Positions 1-7,486 of a stretch of DNA of 43,082 bases are shown here, one piece after another. The translations under genes were made by a program, and so were the position numbers. How positions within the stretch are numbered: position 1 is the first letter of the stretch; every line of letters begins with the position of its first letter. The notes beneath the pieces were generated by a model. It did not search any database, was not told the origin of the DNA, and was given only the letters and a program-made list of their open reading frames with translations. Origin of the DNA: a virus (Duplodnaviria > Heunggongvirae > Uroviricota > Caudoviricetes); IMG/VR virus record IMGVR_UViG_3300031420_000496, positions 69,472 through 112,553 of that record. One strand, 5' to 3'.

Positions 1-169
1 TTCTGTTTGTGATCGTCATCGCCGACGTATTCTGCGTGAATCTTCACGAGACGGTCCAGCGAGTTCTGCACGCGGTCGATGCTTTCCTTGTTGACCACGT
101 GATTGGCTTCGAGCCGTGCCAGCTTCTTGTCAGCCGGTTCGATGCCGAGCAGTTTCATCAGGAACTTTT

Positions 170-382
170 TCATTTGGCCGGTCCAATCGAGATAAAGGTT
201 TTTGGAAATGCTTCGACGTACATCGTGTTGTTGATACGCTTTGTCGGACACCAGCGTTTTGCTGCTGCCTTCACGATGAAGAAAGGCAACAGCTTCCAGA
301 CGAAGGACAGCGGCGTCTTCGGCGACGGGCTGCTGTGATTCTTGCTGGCCCGCCGAACGTAGCGGAAGAGCAAGATGCTCAT
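170..382 (-). CDS. hypothetical basic protein
   Basis: ORF overlaps the stop of the 379..594 gene by 4 nt; no motif recognised. Confidence 0.35.
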   Translation of the reverse strand: MSILLFRYVRRASKNHSSPSPKTPLSFVWKLLPFFIVKAAAKRWCPTKRINNTMYVEAFPKTFISIGPAK

Positions 383-594
383 TCGCAAGCCTCGTAATCG
401 GCCTTGGCGCTCTTGTACTGCTCGGAGTCAGGACCGTAGTCATTGTACGCGTTTTCCATCAGGCAGTCGAGATAGCACTTCTTGCAGTAGCCCTCGTTGA
501 TGTCTGCTTCACCATGGCCAGTGTCACGAGTCAGCTTGCCGCAGAGTTCGCAGTTGTAGGTGCCTTTGTTGTTGATCCGGTTATACTTGGCCAT
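379..594 (-). CDS. small Cys-rich (CxxC...CxxC) early protein
   Basis: CELC and CKKC pairs; GGAG RBS and early promoter directly upstream. Confidence 0.7.
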   Translation of the reverse strand: MAKYNRINNKGTYNCELCGKLTRDTGHGEADINEGYCKKCYLDCLMENAYNDYGPDSEQYKSAKADYEACE

Positions 595-595
595 G

Positions 596-635
596 TTTGA
601 TTCTCCGTAGTTGATGGGTTCATTATACCTGCAAC
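596..635 (-). repeat. 40-bp direct repeat, copy 1 (promoter -10 plus leader and RBS)
   Basis: tttgattctccgtagttgatgggttcattatacctgcaac is identical at 596-635 and 1432-1471. Confidence 0.95.
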
Positions 636-650
636 TGCTAGAAAAGCACA
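622..650 (-). promoter_or_regulatory. early sigma70-like promoter
   Basis: TGTGCT-N17-TATAAT followed by GAACCCATCAACTACGGAG. Confidence 0.8.
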
Positions 651-653
651 GCG

Positions 654-1301
654 TTATGCGATAAAATTAAAGTTGAACGACTGCTGATCGTCGCTAAGCA
701 ACGAAGAAAACATTGTCGCGATAGCTGAGTCGATAAAGCAAATACCAAAATCTGGCACGTCACGCGATTTTACATCAAAGTGAATAATGGACTCGTCTTT
801 CGACACATTATCCAATTTCGTTAATGGAATGGCGAAGCGGAAATTATTATCACCGGTAAAAATCAGTCGCTTATTCGTCATGGTGAAATAGCCCAATTCC
901 ATATCGCTAGAATAGGTTGCTTGCATTCGGCCGCGCGATCCGCCTACGTTAAAGCTGAGACCCTTCACAGGCGTTACACGGACGCCACGGGACCCCGATT
1001 TCCACTGTGCACCAGTCTTTACAGTGCGAAACATTTTTACTGGGGCGTCTACAATGAGCTCTTCATTTTTCATGAGAACAACGCCACGTTGAATCGCTGG
1101 GCCGGGCTGCATTCGGAATGGGGCAGTAGATAATGGGTTCTTCAGCTCGCTGACAAATTCAATATGACGATTGGTCCACAGCGAAGCTTCTGCACTTGAA
1201 GAAGTGCCTTTACTTCCACTTGATTTTCTGGCAAATACAAAATAAAGTATGACTGCCACAATAATAATGGGGAAAAGCGTCGACATCGTCTGCTGGCTCA
1301 T
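654..1301 (-). CDS. membrane-anchored protein with a probable bacterial PH-like domain; AT-rich insert
   Basis: N-terminal TM helix (LFPIIIVAVILYFVF); GYFTMTNKRLIFTG motif; visibly lower GC than neighbours. Confidence 0.6.
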   Translation of the reverse strand: MSQQTMSTLFPIIIVAVILYFVFARKSSGSKGTSSSAEASLWTNRHIEFVSELKNPLSTAPFRMQPGPAIQRGVVLMKNEELIVDAPVKMFRTVKTGAQWKSGSRGVRVTPVKGLSFNVGGSRGRMQATYSSDMELGYFTMTNKRLIFTGDNNFRFAIPLTKLDNVSKDESIIHFDVKSRDVPDFGICFIDSAIATMFSSLLSDDQQSFNFNFIA

Positions 1302-1432
1302 TGTATTTCCTTTCGTTTATAGGGAATTTTAATACGGTTTCCAGGAGGTATCGGATCATCGTCCCCATCATTTCCAACGAGGGCCAATAAAATCAGAACA
1401 ACACAAAAGGCTTTATTATATTTGACAGCCAT
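1298..1432 (-). CDS. 44-aa hydrophobic peptide
   Basis: ATG follows the cassette RBS; stop overlaps the next start. Confidence 0.35.
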   Translation of the reverse strand: MAVKYNKAFCVVLILLALVGNDGDDDPIPPGNRIKIPYKRKEIQ

Positions 1433-1471
1433 TTGATTCTCCGTAGTTGATGGGTTCATTATACCTGCAAC
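1432..1471 (-). repeat. 40-bp direct repeat, copy 2
   Basis: identical to 596-635. Confidence 0.95.
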
Positions 1472-1486
1472 CACGGAGAATGTACA
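1458..1486 (-). promoter_or_regulatory. early sigma70-like promoter
   Basis: TGTACA-N17-TATAAT-GAACCCATC. Confidence 0.8.
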
Positions 1487-1493
1487 GCGTTTA

Positions 1494-2771
1494 TTACTTG
1501 AACTGCTCTTCTTCAGTCGAACCGTGCAGGGCAGTTGTCGAGCTTTGATTCTGCTGGATCGCTTGCGACACTGCATCGAAGTAACCAGTACCGACTTCGC
1601 GCTGGTGCTTGACGGCCGTGAAGCCTTTGTCTGCTGCGGCGAATTCCGCTTCTTGCAGTTCGACGAACGCAGACATCTGACGACGTGCGTAGCCGTGTGC
1701 GAGGTTGAACATGCCGTAGTTCAGCGAGTGGAAACCAGCCAGCGTGATGAATTGGAACTTGTAACCCATCGCGCCGAGTTCTTTCTGGAACTTGGCGATC
1801 GTCGCGTCGTCCAGGTTTTTCTTCCAGTTGAACGATGGAGAGCAGTTGTATGCCAGCATCTTGCCCGGGAATTTCTCGTGGATTGCATCGGCGAACTGCT
1901 TGGCGTACGCCAGGTCAGGCTTGCCGGTTTCACACCAGACCAGATCGGCATACGGTGCGTAAGCGAGACCACGCGAGATTGCTTGTTCGAGACCAGCAGC
2001 AACGCGGAAGAAACCTTCGACGGTACGTTCACCATCGACGAAAGGTCGGTCGTTCGGATCGATGTCGGACGTCAACAGGTCAGCAGCTTCTGCGTCGGTG
2101 CGTGCGATGACCAGCGTCGGAGTTCCCATCACGTCTGCTGCGAGTCGAGCAGCGTTCAGCTTCTCGATGGCTTCGCGAGTCGGCACCAGGACTTTGCCGC
2201 CCATGTGACCGCACTTCTTGACGGATGCCAACTGGTCTTCGAAGTGAACGCCGGATGCACCAGCTTCGATCATCGACTTCATCAGTTCGAAAGCGTTCAG
2301 CACACCACCGAAACCGGCTTCAGCGTCGGCGACGATCGGCGCGAAGAAGTCGATGTCGTTCTTGCCTTCTGCCCATTGAATCTGGTCAGCACGTTGGAAC
2401 GTGTTGTTGATGCGCTTGACGACCATCGGCACCGAGTTCGCTGGATACAGCGATTGGTCCGGATACATTTCGCCAGCGAGATTGGCGTCGCCGGCAACTT
2501 GCCAGCCGGAAAGGTAGATTGCTTTGAGACCAGCTTTGACTTGCTGCATCGCTTGATTGCCGGTCAATGCACCGAGTGCGTTGACGAACGGTTCGTCTTG
2601 CAGAAGCGTCCAGAGTTTTTCTGCGCCACGCTTTGCGAGTGTGTGCTCGATTTGAAGCGAGCCGCGGAGGTTCACGACATCTTCTGCCGTGTAGTTTCGT
2701 TTGATGCCTTGCCAGCGTGGATTGGTTTCCCAATCGTTTTGCAGTTCGGCGATTTGTTGTTCTCGTGACAT
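1494..2771 (-). CDS. aceA: isocitrate lyase
   Basis: catalytic [58 protein letters not shown]; 425 aa, full length; AGGAG RBS. Confidence 0.97.
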   Translation of the reverse strand: MSREQQIAELQNDWETNPRWQGIKRNYTAEDVVNLRGSLQIEHTLAKRGAEKLWTLLQDEPFVNALGALTGNQAMQQVKAGLKAIYLSGWQVAGDANLAGEMYPDQSLYPANSVPMVVKRINNTFQRADQIQWAEGKNDIDFFAPIVADAEAGFGGVLNAFELMKSMIEAGASGVHFEDQLASVKKCGHMGGKVLVPTREAIEKLNAARLAADVMGTPTLVIARTDAEAADLLTSDIDPNDRPFVDGERTVEGFFRVAAGLEQAISRGLAYAPYADLVWCETGKPDLAYAKQFADAIHEKFPGKMLAYNCSPSFNWKKNLDDATIAKFQKELGAMGYKFQFITLAGFHSLNYGMFNLAHGYARRQMSAFVELQEAEFAAADKGFTAVKHQREVGTGYFDAVSQAIQQNQSSTTALHGSTEEEQFK

Positions 2772-2800
2772 GGTGATGCTCCTAAGGTGAAAAGAATTCT

Positions 2801-3034
2801 TTAGCAGTACACGTCGATGTAGTGCTGTGTTGGTTCGCGCATCTGTTCACGATACGCCTCAATGGGCGCGATTGCTTTTATTCTTGGTTCTTCAAGACGC
2901 GGATAAGGTAAAACCCGGCTCACTGGCCGGGGCAAATTTGTTCCCATCGCCTGCATCATGAGTGCCATCGTTTCAGGTGGCACAATGCGTGGGAGCGGTG
3001 TCACAGCAACTGCTGTGACTGGGCCGACGTGCAT
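2801..3034 (-). CDS. hypothetical Pro-rich protein
   Basis: start overlaps the upstream stop (TAATG). Confidence 0.45.
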   Translation of the reverse strand: MHVGPVTAVAVTPLPRIVPPETMALMMQAMGTNLPRPVSRVLPYPRLEEPRIKAIAPIEAYREQMREPTQHYIDVYC

Positions 3035-3171
3035 TACGATTGCACGGTGATGCAGTACTTGCCGGTGATCAGGCGCGGCTTGGTTACTTCGTAACCTTTC
3101 AGCGTGTACTCTTCAGCTTTGGTGTAAGCCTCGACAATGTCGTCGTACTCGAATTCCATCGTTTGATCCAT
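3034..3171 (-). CDS. small hypothetical protein (MDQTMEFEY...)
   Basis: GGAGAA RBS and TATAAT at 3197-3202. Confidence 0.55.
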   Translation of the reverse strand: MDQTMEFEYDDIVEAYTKAEEYTLKGYEVTKPRLITGKYCITVQS

Positions 3172-3229
3172 GTTGTTCTCCGGTTGTGACAGAGAGATTA
3201 TACCACAATCTCTCCGTCGTTGTTCTTGA

Positions 3230-3907
3230 TTAGCCCAGGTTTGCTTCGGCGATTTCTTCTTCTTCAGCCGGAGCCATGTAGCCGGCGACCGTCGAAGCCA
3301 GCGTAGCCATGTTGTAGTCAGCATTCAGCTTCGGCTTCAGAGCCATCGTGGTCACGATGCGGACGGCCTTGGCGCGGTTGTCGCCGGCAGGCATCTGGAA
3401 CGCTGCGTCGCACAGAGCGTCGTCGACGACTTTCTTCGACACACCTTCTTGCAGGACGAAGAAGTCTTCCGGCACGATTTCTTCAAGTGCTGCCGAAACC
3501 TTGCCCATCAGTTCTTCGTTGCCGGCGTAGGCCGGGTTGATGCCGTACATCTCGGTCGTGATGACTTGTTCGAACGGCTTCAGACCGAGGCTTTCGAGCA
3601 CTTCGACTTCTGCTTCGTTCAGCGCCGAGTTGGTGCCGCGCTTGCGCATTTCAACCGAGCAGCTTGCCTTGCCGTCGATGCCCTTGAACGATTCCGGACG
3701 AACCGAACCGGACATGTTCAGGAACTCGCCGAAGCCGGCTTCCTTGATGTCGCCCTCGAGGGTCTTAGCCGCAGCTTCGAGGCTGGCCATCATGGCCTTC
3801 ATTTCTGCAAGTTTCTGAATGCCCGAGATTGCGATTTCTTGCTTGGTCTTTTTAGCAGCTGCGGTCGGCTTGGCGGTAACTGCTTTGGCTTTAGCGAAGA
3901 GGGTCAT
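3230..3907 (-). CDS. hypothetical early protein (MTLFAKAK...)
   Basis: start follows the promoter-RBS cassette; phage-like codon usage. Confidence 0.7.
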   Translation of the reverse strand: MTLFAKAKAVTAKPTAAAKKTKQEIAISGIQKLAEMKAMMASLEAAAKTLEGDIKEAGFGEFLNMSGSVRPESFKGIDGKASCSVEMRKRGTNSALNEAEVEVLESLGLKPFEQVITTEMYGINPAYAGNEELMGKVSAALEEIVPEDFFVLQEGVSKKVVDDALCDAAFQMPAGDNRAKAVRIVTTMALKPKLNADYNMATLASTVAGYMAPAEEEEIAEANLG

Positions 3908-3940
3908 TTTGTTTGCTCCGTAGTGTTCGTCGATGAGTTC

Positions 3941-3969
3941 ATTATACATGAAACCCAACATGGAGCACA
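3941..3969 (-). promoter_or_regulatory. early promoter
   Basis: TGTGCT-N17-TATAAT-GAACTCATCGAC...CGGAG. Confidence 0.8.
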
Positions 3970-3977
3970 GTACTTTG

Positions 3978-4514
3978 TCAGCCTTTTTTAATCTTTTGCT
4001 GAACTGTTTTCGCGCCGGCAGGTGTTGTCGTTTCTGTGATTTCAGCTTCGACTGGACCATCGCCATCAACAGCATCGATGATTGGCGCCGATTGACGTGC
4101 CGCCAGCATTCGCTTCTCTTCAACCTTCTCAGTTGCTTCGGCCACAGACGTTTCTTTGTAGTTGTACTTTGCAGAGATGAACTTGCTGAAGCCTTCGACC
4201 GACGCCATGAACGCTAGATAGACACCGAAGATTTCAACTGACAACGTGCCCTGCAAACCCGTCTTGATGATGAACCAGGTCGAGGCAATGCCGGCGATGA
4301 ACTGCAGGACTTTCGTCGATGAAACCTTTCGCCCGTCTTTCGTGAACATGTCAGCGAAGTCCAAACGCTGGGACTTTTGGATCGAGTAGAAAGTATAGAA
4401 CAACATGAAGATGAGACCGATAATCAGTACCGACATCAGGTTGAGTTGGTATCCCCAGACGTCGAGGATCATTGCATTGGTAGTTGCGACTGGTGCTGCA
4501 GCAGGGGTAGCCAT
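3978..4514 (-). CDS. multi-pass membrane protein, holin candidate
   Basis: three hydrophobic segments and a charged C-terminal tail; late-type CTAAATA upstream at 4539-4545. Confidence 0.45.
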   Translation of the reverse strand: MATPAAAPVATTNAMILDVWGYQLNLMSVLIIGLIFMLFYTFYSIQKSQRLDFADMFTKDGRKVSSTKVLQFIAGIASTWFIIKTGLQGTLSVEIFGVYLAFMASVEGFSKFISAKYNYKETSVAEATEKVEEKRMLAARQSAPIIDAVDGDGPVEAEITETTTPAGAKTVQQKIKKG

Positions 4515-4557
4515 GTTGGTCTCCTTATGATGATCGGATATTTAGGCCCGGAAATGA

Positions 4558-4581
4558 AAAATCCACCCGAAGGTGGATTTT
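4558..4581. terminator. intrinsic terminator, probably bidirectional
   Basis: AAAATCCACC-cgaa-GGTGGATTTT; cUUCGg loop on the minus strand. Confidence 0.85.
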
Positions 4582-4602
4582 CTTATTTGTCAGCTAATGC
4601 TA

Positions 4603-5463
4603 TTATTTCTGCGTTCTCTGGAGTACGAACGTATCCTTGTGGGATTTTGTAATTCGGTTGTATTCGTATCCAGGCAACTTGAATCGTTTCACGAGTCGAT
4701 CGTACAGCTCTGCTCGATTTGTGTCGGTACCTTTCTTGTCAGCACTAAAAAATATCTTCTCCGGTTTGCGGTCCTCGATGAACTGTTTCAATGCAGCCGA
4801 GACCATGGAGAATACCTCCAGCTCATTGCCACCGCCAGTCTTTCCGAAGTTCATGCCGTTACCCTGGAGGTTCGTCTGCCAGAACACTGCCTCCCATGCG
4901 TCGCCGTCTTTATCATCGTCATCTTTTTCAATCGCGAAGTGGATGATGCGGTCGCCGATCTTTGCTTCGGCACGGAAGTCCTTTCCATTCCTGGTGACTT
5001 CGTAATCGACCTTGCGATTCAGAATCTCGTCAAGCTTTTCGTTTGGCGTGAGGACGAAGATGTCTTTGCTCTTGCCTTGCTGACGTTCGTACTTGTATCC
5101 TGGAATATTGAGCCGCTTCAGGAATTTCTCATACAAGTTCGCCCGCGTAGTTTTGTTCTCAGCTTCGAACTTCAACTCCGCAGGCTTGTGCTTTTGAATG
5201 AGGTGTAACACAGCGTCCTTCATGACGGAGAACACTTTGAGTTCTCCACCTGCGCCGGTCAAATCGTAGTTCATGGCGTACGTCTTTTTGTCCAGCTGCC
5301 AGAAATCCATGAACCACTTGTTGCCGCGTTTCTTGTCAGCCTGAAACTGAATAGTTCTACCAGCGATGTCGGCACTGAAGAAGTAAGTTGACTTGCTGTC
5401 TTCATGCACCTTGACATCAACTTTACTATCCAGTACTTCGTTTAGAATTTCATGAACTTTCAT
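4603..5463 (-). CDS. protein with two tandem homologous domains, possibly virion cargo
   Basis: two ~140-aa repeats (TG.G.EL.VFS...KP....F.A......RA.LY.....R...PGY.Y...K.KD.FVL). Confidence 0.75.
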   Translation of the reverse strand: MKVHEILNEVLDSKVDVKVHEDSKSTYFFSADIAGRTIQFQADKKRGNKWFMDFWQLDKKTYAMNYDLTGAGGELKVFSVMKDAVLHLIQKHKPAELKFEAENKTTRANLYEKFLKRLNIPGYKYERQQGKSKDIFVLTPNEKLDEILNRKVDYEVTRNGKDFRAEAKIGDRIIHFAIEKDDDDKDGDAWEAVFWQTNLQGNGMNFGKTGGGNELEVFSMVSAALKQFIEDRKPEKIFFSADKKGTDTNRAELYDRLVKRFKLPGYEYNRITKSHKDTFVLQRTQK

Positions 5464-5464
5464 T

Positions 5465-5950
5465 TCAGCCTTTGTCTTTTGGGATGACGGAAAACTTTCC
5501 ATCACTTTCGTATCTGACATATTTAACGTCAGTAACGTTTTCGATCCCGGCTTTTCGAATCTCGGCTTCAATATCTTCTTGCGAGATGTTTTCTTTTCTC
5601 ATGACGCGCCTACAGTATTCACCATGCTTGACGACTAGCACTGCAGACGGTTCGGATAGTTTCTCCATCCATTTCCAACGCATCGATCCCCAGTCAAGAA
5701 ACCAACTCCAGAAGAACAACGTGCCCACAACGATAAAAGCCGACGTGATACTTTTGTATTCGTCGGCCATACCATTTTGGGCACCGTCAGCTACGAGCAC
5801 CAGGAGCAATACGTCTGCAGGGCCGACTTCGCCAACGTTCCTCCGCATGATGAATCGCAACGTGAGGAAGATGAACCACCACATGAAGCTAACCCGAAGG
5901 AATAGCTCAAGTGGCGATTTGTCGAAGGCGAATATTTCGGCCCAGTTCAT
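5465..5950 (-). CDS. DUF421/YetF-like membrane protein
   Basis: three TM segments, then IRKAGIENVTDVKYVRYESDGKFSVI. Confidence 0.8.
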   Translation of the reverse strand: MNWAEIFAFDKSPLELFLRVSFMWWFIFLTLRFIMRRNVGEVGPADVLLLVLVADGAQNGMADEYKSITSAFIVVGTLFFWSWFLDWGSMRWKWMEKLSEPSAVLVVKHGEYCRRVMRKENISQEDIEAEIRKAGIENVTDVKYVRYESDGKFSVIPKDKG

Positions 5951-6171
5951 TATGCTGCCAGCATTTGTTTCAGCTCAGTGTATCCGCCGATGACCTGCCC
6001 GTCTTTCAGAATCTGCGGCATGGTGCGAGCCGTTGGAATCTTCGCGAGCAGTTCTTCGCGGCTGATGTCCGCGCCGAGCTTGAGGGTTTGGAATGGAAGA
6101 CCTTTCTGTTGCAAAAGGTTCTTGGCTTGATCGCAGTATGTGCAATTGTCTTTTGTGTAGAGCGTGAACAT
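5950..6171 (-). CDS. grx: glutaredoxin
   Basis: CTYC active site, TMPQI, IGGYTEL; adjacent to nrdB. Confidence 0.92.
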   Translation of the reverse strand: MFTLYTKDNCTYCDQAKNLLQQKGLPFQTLKLGADISREELLAKIPTARTMPQILKDGQVIGGYTELKQMLAA

Positions 6172-6179
6172 GATTTCCT

Positions 6180-7304
6180 TTATGCGAGGTCAGGCAGTTC
6201 TTCGTAGTTGATGGAAGCGGTCATCGAACCAATGACGTATGCAACGCTTTCATTCTCTTGAAGAGCAGTCTGCTTTTTGTTGGTGTTGAAGTGCTTGTTG
6301 AACCATGGCAGCGGAGCTGTTTTGATTTTGGTATTGTGCTTCATACCAATTTCGCCCAGACGAATCCCTGCAGTATAATCGACGTGGTCGCACATGATCT
6401 TTTCGTTCATGCCGATCATCGGTCCTTCTTTGAATAGGTATTTAGCCCAGTTCTTTTCTTCGTCGATGACGGCGAGCAAAGCGTCTGCGGCTTCTTGACG
6501 GCATTCAAATGCTACCTCGCGGAAACGCGGATCGACCTTGATAACCTGGTTGATGATGTACGCGGTCCACTTGGTGTGCAGGGTTTCATCTTGCAGAATA
6601 AGCGAGATGATGTTACCCGAACCCATGAAGATGCGATTTTCGACCATGCCAAGGGAGGTGGCAAATGATACCATGAAACGGATTGCTTCGAGACCATAAG
6701 ACGCGATGAGCGCCATGTACACGGCCTTGATATAATCGTGCTCCGACACATACAGCCACTTCTTCATTTCGCTGTCAGTGCAGGTGTCGTACAATGCGCG
6801 CTTGCTATTCAGCAAGTGCAGGTGATTGTAATACTTGTCGATGCCACTGGCCATCGTCGTGATTTCGTCAATACCGTGAATGGCGTTGAACTGTTCGACT
6901 GGCACGTTGTAAATGTTCTTGATGATGTGGCTGTACGACTCGCTGTGAATCTGCTCGAATGCAGACCACCACAGAACCAAACCTTCGAGTTCAGGCACTG
7001 AAGAAACAGGCGTGAAGATTTGAACTGGCGAACGACCCTGGATCGAGTCCAGCATTGTCTGTCGCAGCAGGTTCGACGTGTAGATGTGTCGTGTCGACTT
7101 CGATGCTTCTTTGAAATCGATCTGGTCTTTCATCAGCGTGATTTCGTTTGGAGTCCAGAACGAACCCTTCTGCGTGGCGAGGAACTGTGCCAGCTTCGGA
7201 AACGCGTACTCTTCATAACGCTGGATTGTCACTGGACCAGCAGGGTCCAGGAACATTTGTCGATTCGAGTAATCGGGAATTTTGCTATAGTCTAGTTGGC
7301 TCAT
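6180..7304 (-). CDS. nrdB: ribonucleotide reductase class Ia beta subunit
   Basis: FWTPNEI, LDSIQGR, EQIHSESY (radical Tyr), EAIRF, DETLH. Confidence 0.95.
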   Translation of the reverse strand: MSQLDYSKIPDYSNRQMFLDPAGPVTIQRYEEYAFPKLAQFLATQKGSFWTPNEITLMKDQIDFKEASKSTRHIYTSNLLRQTMLDSIQGRSPVQIFTPVSSVPELEGLVLWWSAFEQIHSESYSHIIKNIYNVPVEQFNAIHGIDEITTMASGIDKYYNHLHLLNSKRALYDTCTDSEMKKWLYVSEHDYIKAVYMALIASYGLEAIRFMVSFATSLGMVENRIFMGSGNIISLILQDETLHTKWTAYIINQVIKVDPRFREVAFECRQEAADALLAVIDEEKNWAKYLFKEGPMIGMNEKIMCDHVDYTAGIRLGEIGMKHNTKIKTAPLPWFNKHFNTNKKQTALQENESVAYVIGSMTASINYEELPDLA

Positions 7305-7486
7305 TCAAACGCCTTAAAAATGTATGTTGTTCCATCTACCGCGTAAACGGCTCTTTCATTGTCGAGCATCTTTGGCACATACCTTGGTGGGCCGAAGCCC
7401 ACCGTAGTATCTACGTAATCGATGTCCCGTGATTGCACTTTGCCGTCAACCACTACGTCCATCGTATAGTGGTTCACAGAACGCAA
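7301..7486 (-). CDS. small hypothetical protein between nrdA and nrdB
   Basis: overlaps both neighbours. Confidence 0.5.
   Translation of the reverse strand: MRSVNHYTMDVVVDGKVQSRDIDYVDTTVGFGPPRYVPKMLDNERAVYAVDGTTYIFKAFE

Noticed and set aside
596-1471. Possible CRISPR array or att sites from the 40-bp repeats
   Set aside because: Only two copies about 800 bp apart, they consist of promoter and RBS sequence, and no cas or integrase gene is in the window.
1524-2768. 414-aa plus-strand ORF
   Set aside because: Antisense shadow of aceA; no RBS or motifs, explained by codon bias on the coding strand.
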